In this document: positions 52,126 through 64,000 of the stretch, one piece after another | Layout: each line of letters begins with the position of its first letter | Position numbering within the stretch: position 1 is the first letter of the stretch | DNA from: Heterodontus francisci | Taxonomy: Eukaryota | Length of the DNA stretch: 64,000 nt | Direction of reading: 5' to 3' | Assembly: GCF_036365525.1 (NCBI RefSeq) | Contig: NC_090378.1 | Coordinates: forward strand, 122,249,593-122,313,592 | Notes under the pieces: model-generated | What the model saw: the letters and a program-made list of their open reading frames with translations, nothing else | Told to the model about the DNA's origin: nothing | Databases searched by the model: none | Program-made: the position numbers and the translations under genes

Positions 52126-52639
52126 AGCAGAGTAACAGTTAAGTGCTCATTTGGAGGCTCATATCTGGGGCTTTGTTCTTTGCTGGGTTTCTGCTTCTGT
52201 GTTTACTTCCCGAGATAATAAACACAAAACACAACTTCACAAATTGAGTCAGAAGCAGCATCTTCAGCTACAGATGAAAGTTAATTTTCGCTGCCAGTTC
52301 AAAGTGCAGCACATTAGGGTCATTACAGTCGTAACCTTGGAGCGACTTCCAATTTCCACCAGCTGCTCCTGAGGAGTATCGATAAGAGGGAGACGGACAA
52401 GTCCCCACCCTCCCCCGCTCTCCTCCACATGTGGGGGGTGGGGAATAGGTGCTTAACCGTGGTTGCAGCAGGGGGGCTAAATTTTGCTCAGGGTGGGAAT
52501 ACGACATTATTCCCGACTGTCCGATTCTGCTCCCTTTCCCAGACCATGGTGCCATTGACAGGAAACACTGGGTCACTAAACACTGGGCGGACACATACAG
52601 CAATTTTACAGAATAAAAATTGGGTCACACTCACATTCA

Positions 52640-52995
52640 CCTGTGTCTAAAGAATATTCTTGGTCTGATGTTGGATATTGAATCATCAGGTAACAGAAAT
52701 AGGTCCTTGGTATTTATTCTGGAAAAAGTAAATCCCAACAATTACTTCCAATTAAATTATGACAAGAGCGAGAGGCCACACATTCAAACTAGTGAAAGGC
52801 AGCTTCAGGACTAATATCAAGGAGTCTTTCTTCATATCAGAGTGACTAATCATGGAATGGATTCCCAGATAAAGTAATGGAAATGAAAGTCATGGAAGAA
52901 CCAGCTGGATGCTGCATTGGGGAGACTTTAGAGTCATCATCAATGGAGGAGTTAAGGTGGGCCGAATGGCCTTCCTCTTCCATTAATATCTTGTA
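52640..52995 (+). mobile_element. Highly decayed CR1 3' fragment
   Basis: RGHTFKLVKG-like translation; GGGCCGAATGGCCTTCCTC 3' motif. Confidence 0.6.
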
Positions 52996-53654
52996 ATATA
53001 TAGAGGAAAGGGGCAATGTCTGTCATCGTAAATGAAAGAACTGGATATTGAGGATTAGTGACTTGTTGAAACTGAAGTGTTCACACTCTTTGTTTCAGAG
53101 ACAGGATCAGTGACACCTACAATGAGATTTTTCTCAGCAATTTACCGAGACCTCAATATGCTGAGGAAATCTGTCCGAGTGTGGCACTGGGTACAGAAAT
53201 TTAAAGTGAAATATAACCATTATTTCAGAACATCAGGAAATCCTTTTAAAAGTGATTCATTATCTTCACAAAGACTGCTGTGATGAACCAGTTCTCTGAG
53301 GAAGATCTTAATGTGCGTGATGTTTCAAAACATTGGCTTCAAACAGAGACTAGAAACATGCTTTCCTGCCCTCTGTCAGAATAGCTACAGTGATAAACCT
53401 GGGCCTAGGAATTCAGGTGCACCTATTTTTGGGAATGTGAACAATGATCCCAGTACCTGAATGGTGAAGTCCACGGCACCACCAACACTGGGTCACTGAT
53501 CTCATTTCCATTGGGCTGGTGAGTTGTGGACAGCAACAGGTTTCTCTTTCTGAGGTCTGGTCTGCACTTTGGGCCACCAGACAATCCAGTAGAAATGAGG
53601 AACTCACCACAGGAGGAAAAGTGGAGGTGGAATGGCACTGTGATACTTTGAGGA

Positions 53655-54590
53655 ATGGCTGAACGTGTGAGAGAGCGTGCACCAAGCTTTTCTGATGATG
53701 TGTTACAGGTCTTGGTGGAAGAAGTGGAAAGAAGGAGAAACACCCAGTATCCACTGAGAGGCAGGAACTCCTCCAGATAGATGATCAAGAGACAGTGTGA
53801 AGAAGTAATAGCAGAGCTCAATGTCAGGAGTGTTGCTCCAAGAACAAGGATGCAGGAAGAAGTTTAATGATCTGACACGAGTTGTCAAGGTGACTGAGTG
53901 CATCTTCAAATGGCAGATCCTACCAACTGCATCACTAACCTCATCCATTGCTCAATTCACCAAACCCACATCACCCAGCCACCAACAGTCTCTATAAATC
54001 AGTATTCAACCCTTCAATTCATAGGATTTACCTCACCCTCACACACTTAGCATTACTGCCAACCTTGTACCAACAACTCACAGCTAGCACACAGCTATTC
54101 AACCATGACAGCCACATCAAACATATTACAGGACACTCACTCTCACACTTCTCTCTTTCTTATAGGAGAAGGTGGTTCATAATAGAGGCAACAAGAAGGA
54201 ACTGGAGGCGGACAAGCAGATCTGCAGATTTTAACCCTCACGGAGGAGACAGTGCTGGTCAATATGGGAAGGGGCATCGCTGAGGCTATGGACACTGGTG
54301 GGGCTGGAGAGATCGATGATAAGGTTGTCTGTATACCTTATCCTCCTTCTCTCATCACACAATCTCTTCAGACTCTCAAGCTGCAGACGGTGTAAACATG
54401 CACTTCTTACTTTCTCCTCTCCCCTCACCACAACCCAATCCTTGTCCATATTCATTTCAGGTACCCGAAAACTGGGAGCTTCCCAGTCAGGGAGGAAGAG
54501 GCAGAAAACAAGGAAGATAAAGAGACACCATCACTCAATCTTACACTTACAGCCACCAGTATTTTAGAGGCTAAGATAGAGGAGGGATCC
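53655..54590 (+). pseudogene. Spliced Myb/SANT-like DNA-binding protein relic (PIF/Harbinger ORF2 type, NAIF1/MSANTD-like)
   Basis: Exon 1 (53655-53889): MAERVRERAPSFSDDVLQVLVEEVERRRNTQYP..R*MIKRQCEEVIAELNVRSVAPRTRMQ/KKFNDLTRVVK|GT. Exon 2 follows TATAG at 54166: EKVVHNR/QQEGTGGGQADLQILTLTEETVL. Exon 3 follows TTTCAG at 54461. Contains a stop and frameshifts. Confidence 0.8.
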
Positions 54591-54691
54591 AGATAGACTG
54601 ATTTATAGTGAGAGTTTCTGCCAGGTTAACAGTGTCTTAAAGGGACACGGTCTCTTTAATTACTCTTACTATTAACCATTTCAGCACTGAA

Positions 54692-57600
54692 ATGTTTCTG
54701 CCTCCACCACCCTTTCAGACAGTGAGTTCCAGACCCCCACCACCCTCTGGGTGAAAAAATTACTCCTCAACTCACCTCTAATCCTTCCACCAATTACTTT
54801 AAGTCTATGCCTCCTGGTTATTGACCTCTCTGCTGAGGGAAATAGGTCCTTCCTATTCACTCTATCTTGGCCCCTCATAATTTTATACACCTCAATTAAA
54901 CCTCCCCTCAGCCTCCTCTGTTTCAAAGATTATAACCCCAGCCAATCCAATCTTTCCTCATAGCTGAAATTCTCCATTCCTGGTAACATCCTTGTAAATC
55001 TCCTCTGTACCCTCTCTTGTGTGATCACATTCTTCCTGTAATGTGGTGACCAGAACTGTACACAGTATTCTAGCTGTGGTCTAACGATCCACTGATTTAA
55101 GGTGATTGGTGGAAGGATTAGAGAGGACATGAGGAAACACATTTTCACCCAGAGGGTGGTGGGTATCTGGAATTCACTGCCTGGATCGGTGGTGAAGGCA
55201 GAAACCCTCAACTCATTGAAAAGGTACCTGGACCTGCACCTGAAGTGCTGTAACCTGCCAGGCTATGGACCAGGTGCCGGAAGGTGGGATTAGAATGGGC
55301 AGCTTGTTTGTTCAGCCAGCGCAGCCACGATGGGCTGAATGGCCTCTTTCTGTGCCGTAACCTTTCTCTGGTTCTAACTAGTGTTTTATACAGTTCCAGA
55401 ATAACCGCTTTGCTCTTATAGTCTAGGCTCAGCTAATAATGGAAAGTATTCCATATGCCTTTTTGACCACCTTTTCTACCTGTCCTGCTACTTTCAGGGA
55501 GCTGTGCAGATAAACTCCAAGTTCCCTCTATTCCTCTACACTTCTCAGAATCCTCCATTTATTGTATATTCATTTACCTGGTTTGTCCTGCCCAAATTCA
55601 TTCCCTCTCACTTCTCCGGATTAAGTTCCATTTGCCATTTTTCTGCTCACCTGACCAGTCCATTGATATCTTCCTGCAGTCTACAGCTTTCTTCCTCACT
55701 ATCCACCACACGGACAATCTTTGCATCATCTGCAATCTTTTTAATCATGCCCCTACATTGAAGTTTAAATCACTGATATATACACAAATAGTGAGGGACC
55801 CAGTACTGAGACCTGTGGAACCCACTGGAAAGAAACTTCCAGTCACTAAAACACCTGCCAACCAGAATCCTTTGCTTCCTGTCACTGATCCAATTTCCCA
55901 CTTTCCCTTGGATCCCATGGGCTTTTAATTTTCTGAACAGTCTGCCATGTGGAACCTTATCAAAAGCCTTGCTAAACTCCATGTAGACTGCATCAAACAT
56001 GCTGCCCTCATTGACGCTCCTTGTAACCTCCTCAAAAAATTCAATCAACTTAATCAGACATGACCTTCCCTTAACAAATCCAAGATCACTGTCCTGGATC
56101 AATCTGTGCCTCTCTAAATGATGATTTATATGGTCTATCAGAATGTTTCCAATAATCTTCCCACCACTGCAGTTAGGCAGACTGGCCTGTAATTGCTCGG
56201 GTTTTCCCTTCCTTGTGCTGTGCTAGATATTATTTGCTCTTTGACAGGATGTAGAATAGATTGGTTAAAATGTTACCTTGATTTCACTAAGTAGTGAGAA
56301 TCGATGCAAGGTTAAGGGGTATAAAAGTGCTACTCACTTTCGGTGAGGTGATGACAACACATTAAGGTCACTAAAGACTGTTGTAATTCTGTGAAATTGT
56401 TGTAATTCTGTAATTCAGTTGAAATCCCCCACTATTACTGTTTAATTGTTTTTGCAGTTCTGAAATTTATCTACATATTTGCTCTTCTCTCCCCTTCTAA
56501 CAGTTTCAGGGTCTATAGCACACTCCCAGTAGTGTGATTGCCCCTGTTTTGTTCTTCAGTTCAACCCATATGGCAACATTTGTTTATCCTTCTACCATAT
56601 CTTCTCTCCTCACAGCTATAATTGTTTCTTTAATCAATATTGCAACTCACCCCCTCCTGAGATATCCCCATCTCTGTCTCGTCTGAAAACCCTGTAACTA
56701 GGAATGTTGAGCTGCCATTCCTGCCCTTCTTTCAGCCATGTCTCAGTAATCGCTAAAATATCATACTGCCATGTGTCAATCTGTGCTCTCAGCTCATCAG
56801 CCTTATTTCCTCAACTTGGATTATTTAGCTCTGTCAAACTCCCTTGTTTATTTTCTAACCTTCGTTTTCTCTGCCTTCCAAAGACGCTGACTAATTTACT
56901 GCCTTCCATTTCCAACTTTTCTTCTCTCTCTTCTGAATCTACTCTCAGGTTCCCATCCCTGTGCTCAGCTAGTTTAAACTCTCCCCAACAGCACGAGTAA
57001 AACTCACTGCGAGGATATTGGTCCCGGCCCTGTTGATTTGCAAACAGTCCGTCTTGTACAGGTCCCACCTCCTCCAGAAGCAGTCCCAAAGCCTCAGGAA
57101 TCTAAAGCCCTCCCTCCTGCATAATCTCTCCAGCTCTATGTATTCATCAGCTCTATCTTCCTATTTCTGTACTCACTAACACGTGGCACTGGGAGTAATC
57201 TGGAGATTAATACTTTTGAGGTTCTGCTTTTCAATCTCCCTCCTAGCTGCCTAAATTCTGCCTCAGGACCTCATCCCTCCTTCTGCCTCTGTCATTGGTG
57301 CCAATATGGACCACGACCTCTGGCTGTTCACTCTCCCCTGTCAGAATGTCCTGCTGACGCTCAGTGATATCCTTGTCCCTGGCACCAGGGAGGCAACATA
57401 CCATCATGGTAACACCTCTGCAGTCACAGAAGCACCTGTCTATTCTCCTCACTATCGAAGTCCCTCCCACTATTGCTCTTCAACTCTTCTTCCTCCCTCC
57501 CTGTACAGCTGAGACACCCATGGTGCTGTGGACTTGGCTCTGCCTGCACTCCCCAGTGGAACCATCACTCTGACCAGTATTCAGAACTGAATACCAGTTA

Positions 57601-58040
57601 GAGATTGAGACGCACTCATGGGATCACTGTCCTGCATGCCTGGTCCTCCTTGTTCTTCTGGCCCTCACCCATTCCCCCTCTGCCAGCACATTTTTAAACT
57701 GCAGGGTGACCACCTCCAGAAAGCTCTCAGCCTCGTGGATGCTGCATAGTGACTCCAGTCAGTGCTCAAACTCCGAAACCCAGAGCTCGAGCTGCTGTAA
57801 CCGGTGACACTTCCTGTACATGTGGTCATCCAGTTCATGTGAAGTGTCCAGGATTTCCCACATGACACAGGATGTGTATTCCACGGGGCTGAGGTTCCCT
57901 GCCATGTTTTACTTTCTAGACTATTATCTAGAAACACTTAGAGCTGATCACCAGGTCTCGCTGTTTCCCGCTTCATCACTCAGACTGCTCCGTGTTTTGC
58001 AAAAGATCAGAACAGAACCTCTTCAGTCATTGCACTGAAT
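54692..58040 (-). mobile_element. Near full-length but internally deleted, decayed CR1 LINE with ORF1 (zinc finger + SGNH esterase) and ORF2 pieces
   Basis: ORF1 esterase SIVRRIDRCFC..MVCCLPGARDKDITER..QPEVVVHIGTND (57243-57470). N-terminal MAGNLSPVEYTSCVMWEI..RKCHRLQQLEL. RT region GFVKGRSCLIKLIEFFEE..FSKAFDKVPH. Same subfamily as 21800-25285 (DLFPSAERSITR). Confidence 0.9.
55086..55372 (+). mobile_element. Short CR1 3' fragment inserted antisense into the CR1 above
   Basis: Flanked by direct repeat TCTAAC (55080-55085, 55373-55378). The uninterrupted site TGGTCTAACTAGTGT is present in the related copy at ~22351. Confidence 0.85.
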
Positions 58041-58584
58041 TCTCTCAATCCCCAATTCTCCGAGTTAGGTATCTATCAAAGCAGTCCTCCATCAAGCTGG
58101 ACTTGGTGCTGGGCTGCTGTGTGATCCTGCAAGCCCCTTTGAGCACTGGCATCCACAGCCATGATGGCAGCAGTCTGAGCCTGTGTGGCAGCAAGCTCAG
58201 ATTACAATACCACAGTCTGAGCTTCCACTGCAGCACTCAGACATTGGGGTGGCCTCTACTTGTACTGCAATTCACTCATCCATGTCTCTGATAGTCTGGA
58301 AATGTTAATCTGCTCACTTGTGTTTATATTAATCAAATCATCAGAGGAATTTGTAACAGCAATATAATCATGGAGCTTCAGAGGGCAATATAACCATTGA
58401 AACAGGATGATTTGAAGGGATAGAGAGGAATAAAGAGCCTTTGCTGGCTCCATGTGGTTATTCTGATATCACTTTTATGTATCTTTGATGTCCTCTGATT
58501 CAGTGGCAGTATGAATGGAATGTAGATGTAGATAAAGTAGAATTAGGATATGACTTGTGAGTGAAACACTGCATGTTGTATTCA

Positions 58585-61500
58585 TACTGGATTGTGAAGT
58601 GTGATGTTCCTGAGTACACCGACTGGATTGAGAAGTGTGATATACCTGAGGACACAGACTGGATTGAGAAGTGTGATGTACCTGAGTACACAGACTGGAT
58701 TTTGAAGTGTGATGTTCCTGAGCACACAGACTGGATTGTGAAGTGAGATGTACCTGAGTACACAGACTGGATTGAGAAGTGTGATGTTCCTGAGTACACC
58801 GACTGGATTGAGAAGTGTGATATACCTGATTACACAGACTGGATTGTGAAGTGTGATGCACCTGAGTACACAGACTGGATTGTGAAGTGTGATGTACCTG
58901 AGTACACAGACCGGATTGAGAAGTGTGATGTTCCTGAGTACACCGACTGGATTGAGAAGTGTGATGTTCCTGAGTACACAGACTGGATTGAGAAGTGTGA
59001 TGTTCCTGAGTACACAGACTGGATTGTGAAGTGTGATGTACCTGAGGACACAGACTGGATTGTGAAGTGTGATGTTCCTGAGTACACAGACTGGATTGTG
59101 AAGTGTGATGTACCTGAGTACACAGACCGGATTGTGAAGTGTGATGTTACTGAGTACACAGACTGGATTGTGAAGTGTGATGTACCTGAGTACACAGACT
59201 GGATTGTGAAGTGTGATGTACCTGAGTACACAGACTGGATTGTGAAGTGTGATGCACCTGAGTACACAGACTGGATTGTGAAGTGTGATGTTCCTGAGTA
59301 CACAGACTGGATTGTGAAGTGTGATGTACCTGAGTACACAGACTGGATTGTGAAGTGTGATGTACCTGAGGACACAGACCGGATTGTGAAGTGTGATGTA
59401 TCTGAGTACACAGACTGGATTGTGAAGTGTGATGTACCTGAGTACACAGACTGGATTGTGAAGTGTGATGTACCTGAGGACACAGACCGGATTGTGAAGT
59501 GTGATGTATCTGAGTACACAGATTGGATTGTGAAGTGTGATGTATCTGAGCACACAGAATGGATTGTGAAGTGTGATGTACCTGAGTAAGGAGTCTGGTT
59601 TGCGAAGTGTGATGTACCTGTGTACACAGACTGGATTGTGAAGTGTGATGTATCTGAGTACACAGACTGGACTGTGAAGTGTGATGCTCCTGAGTACACA
59701 GACTGGATTGTGAAGTGTGATGTACGTGAGTACACAGACTGGATTGTGAAGTGTGATGTACCTGAGTACTCAGACAGATTTGTGAAGTGTGATGTACCTG
59801 AGTACACAGACTGGATTGTGAAGTGTGATGTACCCGAGTATACAGACTGGATTGTGAAGGGTAATGTACCTGAGCACACAGACTGGATTGTGAAGTGTGA
59901 TGTACCTGAGTGCACAGCCCGGATTGTGAAGTGTGATGTACCTGAGTACACAGACTGGATTGTGAAGTGTGATGTACCTGAGTACACAGACTGGATTGTG
60001 AAGTGTGATGTACCTGAGTACACAGACTGGATTGTGAAGTGTGATGTACCGGAGTACACAGACTGGATTGTGAAGTGTGATGTTCCTGAGTACACAGACT
60101 AGATTGAGAAGTGTGATATACCTGAGTACATAGACTGGATTGTGAAGTGTGATGTACCTGAGTACACGGACTGGGTTGTGAAGTGTGATGTACCTGAGTA
60201 CACAGACTGGATTGTGAAGTGTGATGTACCTGAGTACACAGACTGGATTGAGAAGTGTGATGTACCTGAGTACACAGACTGGATTTTGAAGTGTGATGTT
60301 CCTGAGCACACAGACTGGATTGTGAAGTGTGATGTACCTGAGTACACAGACTGGATTGTGAAGTGTGATGTACCTGAGTACACAGACTGGATTGTGAAGT
60401 GTGATGTTCCTGAGTACACCGACTGGATTGAGAAGTGTAATATACCTGATTACACAGACTGGATTGTGAAGTGTGATGTATCTGAGTACACAGACTGGAT
60501 TGTGAAGTGTGATGTACCTGTGTACACAGACTGGATTGTGAAGTGTGATGTATCTGAGAACACAGACTGGACTGTGAAGTGTGATGCACCTGAGTACACA
60601 GACTGGATTGTGAAGTGTGATGTACCTGAGTATACAGACTGGATTGTGAAGTGTGATGTCCCTGAGTACACAGACTGGATTGTGAAGTGTAATGTACCTG
60701 AGTACACAGACTGGATTGTGAAGTGTAATGTACCTGAGTACACAGACTGGATTGTGAAGTGTGATGTACCCGAGTACACAGACTGGATTGTGAAGTGTAA
60801 TGTACCTGAGTACACAGACTGGATTGTGAAGTGTGATGTACCTGAGTGCACAGCCCGGATTGTGAAGAGTGATGTACCTGAGTACACAGACTGGATTGTG
60901 AAGTGTGATGTACCTGAGTACACAGACCGGATTGTGAAGTGTGATGTACCTGAGTACACAGAACGGATTGTGAAGTGTGATGTACCTGAGAACACGGACT
61001 GGATTGTGAAGTGTGATGTACCTGAGTACACGTACTGGATGGCGAAGTGTGATGTACCTGAGTACAGAGACTGGATTGTGAAGTGTGATGTACCTGAGAA
61101 CACGGACTGGATTGTGAAGTGTGATGTACCTGAGTGCACTGACTGGACTGTGAAGTGTGATGTACCTGAGTACACAGACCGGATTGTGAAGTGTGATGTA
61201 CCTGAGTACACAGAATGGATTGTGAAGTGTGATGTATCTGATTGCACAGACTGGATTGTGAAGTGTGATATACCTGAGTACATAGACTGGATTGTGAAGT
61301 GTGATGTACCTGAGTACACGGACTGGATTGTGAAGTGTGATGTACCTGAGTACACAGAGTGGATTGTGAAGTGTGATGTACCTGAGAACACGGACTGGGT
61401 TGTGAAGTGTGATGTACCTGAGTACACAGACTGGATTGTGAAGTGTGATGTACCTGAGTACACAGACTGGATTGAGAAGTGTGATGTACCTGAGTACACA

Positions 61501-64000
61501 GACTGGATTTTGAAGTGTGATGTTCCTGAGCACACAGACTGGATTGTGAAGTGTGATGTACCTGAGTACACAGACTGGATTGTGAAGTGTGATGTACCTG
61601 AGTACACAGACTGGATTGTGAAGTGTGATGTTCCTGAGTACACCGACTGGATTGAGAAGTGTAATATACCTGATTACACAGACTGGATTGTGAAGTGTGA
61701 TGTATCTGAGTACACAGACTGGATTGTGAAGTGTGATGTACCTGTGTACACAGACTGGATTGTGAAGTGTGATGTATCTGAGTACACAGACTGGACTGTG
61801 AAGTGTGATGCACCTGAGTACACAGACTGGATTGTGAAGTGTGATGTACCTGAGTATACAGACTGGATTGTGAAGTGTGATGTCCCTGAGTACACAGACT
61901 GGATTGTGAAGTGTAATGTACCTGAGTACACAGACTGGATTGTGAAGTGTAATGTACCTGAGTACACAGACTGGATTGTGAAGTGTGATGTACCCGAGTA
62001 CACAGACTGGATTGTGAAGTGTAATGTACCTGAGTACACAGACTGGATTGTGAAGTGTGATGTACCTGAGTGCACAGCCCGGATTGTGAAGAGTGATGTA
62101 CCTGAGTACACAGACTGGATTGTGAAGTGTGATGTACCTGAGTACACAGACCGGATTGTGAAGTGTGATGTACCTGAGTACACAGAACGGATTGTGAAGT
62201 GTGATGTACCTGAGAACACGGACTGGATTGTGAAGTGTGATGTACCTGAGCACACAGAATGGATTGTGAAGTGTGATGTACCTGAGTACACGTACTGGAT
62301 GGCGAAGTGTGATGTACCTGAGTACAGAGACTGGATTGTGAAGTGTGATGTACCTGAGAACACGGACTGGATTGTGAAGTGTGATGTACCTGAGTGCACT
62401 GACTGGACTGTGAAGTGTGATGTACCTGAGTACACAGACCGGATTGTGAAGTGTGATGTACCTGAGTACACAGAATGGATTGTGAAGTGTGATGTACCTG
62501 AGTACACAGTCTGGATTGTGAAGTGTGATGTACCTGAGTACACAGACCGGATTGTGAAGTGTGATGTACATGAGTACACAGATTGGATTGTGAAGGGTGA
62601 TGTATCTGAGTACACAGACTGTATTGTGAAGTGTGATGTTCCTGATTACACAGACTGGATTGTGAAGTGTGATGTACCTGTGTACACAGACTGGATTGTG
62701 AAGTGTGATGTACCTGAGTACACAGACCGGATTGTGAAGTGTGATGTACCTGTGTACACAGACTGGATTGTGAAGTGTGATGTTCCTGAGTACACAGACT
62801 GGATTGTGAAGTGTGATGTACCAGAGTACACAGACTGGATTGTGAAGTGTGATGTTCCTGAGTACACAGACTGGATTGTGAAGTGTGATGTACCTGAGTG
62901 CACTGACTGGACTGTGAAGTGTGATGTACCTGAGTACACAGACCGGATTGTGAAGTGTGATGTACCTGAGTACACAGAATGGATTGTGAAGTGTGATGTA
63001 CCTGAGTACACAGACTGGATTGTGAAGTGTGATGTACCTGAGTACACAGACCGGATTGTGAAGTGTGATGTACATGAGTACACAGATTGGATTGTGAAGG
63101 GTGATGTATCTGAGTACACAGACTGTATTGTGAAGTGTGATGTTCCTGATTACACAGACTGGATTGTGAAGTGTGATGTACCTGTGTACACAGACTGGAT
63201 TGTGAAGTGTGATGTACCTGAGTACACAGACCGGATTGTGAAGTGTGATGTACCTGTGTACACAGACTGGATTGTGAAGTGTGATGTTCCTGAGTACACA
63301 GACTGGATTGTGAAGTGTGATGTACCAGAGTACACAGACTGGATTGTGAAGTGTGATGTTCCTGAGTACACAGACTGGATTGTGAAGTGTGATGTTCCTG
63401 AGTACACAGACTGGATTGTGAAGTGTGATGTACCTGAGTACACAGATTGGATTGTGAAGTGTGATGTACCTGAGTACACAGATTGGATTGTGAAGGGTGA
63501 TGTATCTTAGTACACAGACTGGATTGTAAAGTGTGATGTACCTGAATACACAGACTGGATTGTGAAGTGTGATGTTCAGAGTACACAGAATGGATTGTGA
63601 AGTGTGATGTACCTGAGTACACAGACTGGATTGTGAAGTGTGATGTACCTGAGTACACAGACTGGATTGTGAGGTGTGATGTACCTGAGTACACAGACCG
63701 GATTGTGAAGTGTGATGTACCTGAGTACACAGAACGGATTGTGAAGTGTGATGTACCTGAGAACACGGACTGGATTGTGAAGTGTGATGTACCTGAGCAC
63801 ACAGAATGGATTGTGAAGTGTGATGTACCTGAGTACACGTACTGGATGGCGAAGTGTGATGTACCTGAGTACAGAGACTGGATTGTGAAGTGTGATGTAC
63901 CTGAGAACACGGACTGGATTGTGAAGTGTGATGTACCTGAGTGCACTGACTGGACTGTGAAGTGTGATGTACCTGAGTACACAGACCGGATTGTGAAGAG
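58585..64000. repeat. 36-bp tandem satellite (GACTGGATTGTGAAGTGTGATGTACCTGAGTACACA), runs off the right edge
   Basis: 36-bp period; 12-aa repeat KCDVPEYTDWIV in the ORF track. Confidence 0.98.

Noticed and set aside
53099-53190. Possible small + strand exon (TTTCAG...G|GTACAG; DRISDTYNEIFLSNLPRPQYAEEICPSVAL)
   Set aside because: Weak donor, unrecognised peptide, no partner exons.
53604-53642. CACTGTG ~27 kb downstream of C as a kappa-deleting-element analogue (also 41118-41124)
   Set aside because: No nonamer-like sequence at 12 or 23 bp.
58475-63982. ORFs up to 1611 aa (KCDVPEYTDWIV / QVHHTSQSSLCT repeats), superficially metal-binding or kringle-like
   Set aside because: 36-bp satellite open in four frames at once; variation is not codon-structured.

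Overview
Repeat-dense vertebrate DNA, almost certainly from a shark (inferred from the Ig light-chain sequence and from HE1/SacSINE-type SINEs and shark-type CR1 LINEs). The only clear host gene is an unrearranged immunoglobulin kappa-type light-chain J-C unit on the + strand (cartilaginous-fish NS4/type III class). It has a 23-bp-spacer RSS (18797-18835), a J segment (YTFGKGTKLRL, 18836-18870), a 7.7-kb intron and an intact C exon (26598-26926), and J and C splice in frame. No V segment is visible anywhere in the window. The upstream region where a cluster V would be expected holds a ~16-kb 61-bp satellite, each unit carrying two RSS-heptamer-like CACAGT(T/C) motifs that face the J RSS, followed by a 136-N gap and a GA tract. 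Two further satellites (45-bp, 28.1-37.9 kb; 36-bp, 58.6-64 kb) produce all the very long ORFs in the track, which are artefacts. The remainder is nested transposable elements: CR1 LINEs (one young copy with an open RT frame), a Tx1-like LINE, Gypsy/retroviral integrase relics, a solo LTR, hAT elements, SINEs and a Harbinger-type Myb/SANT pseudogene.
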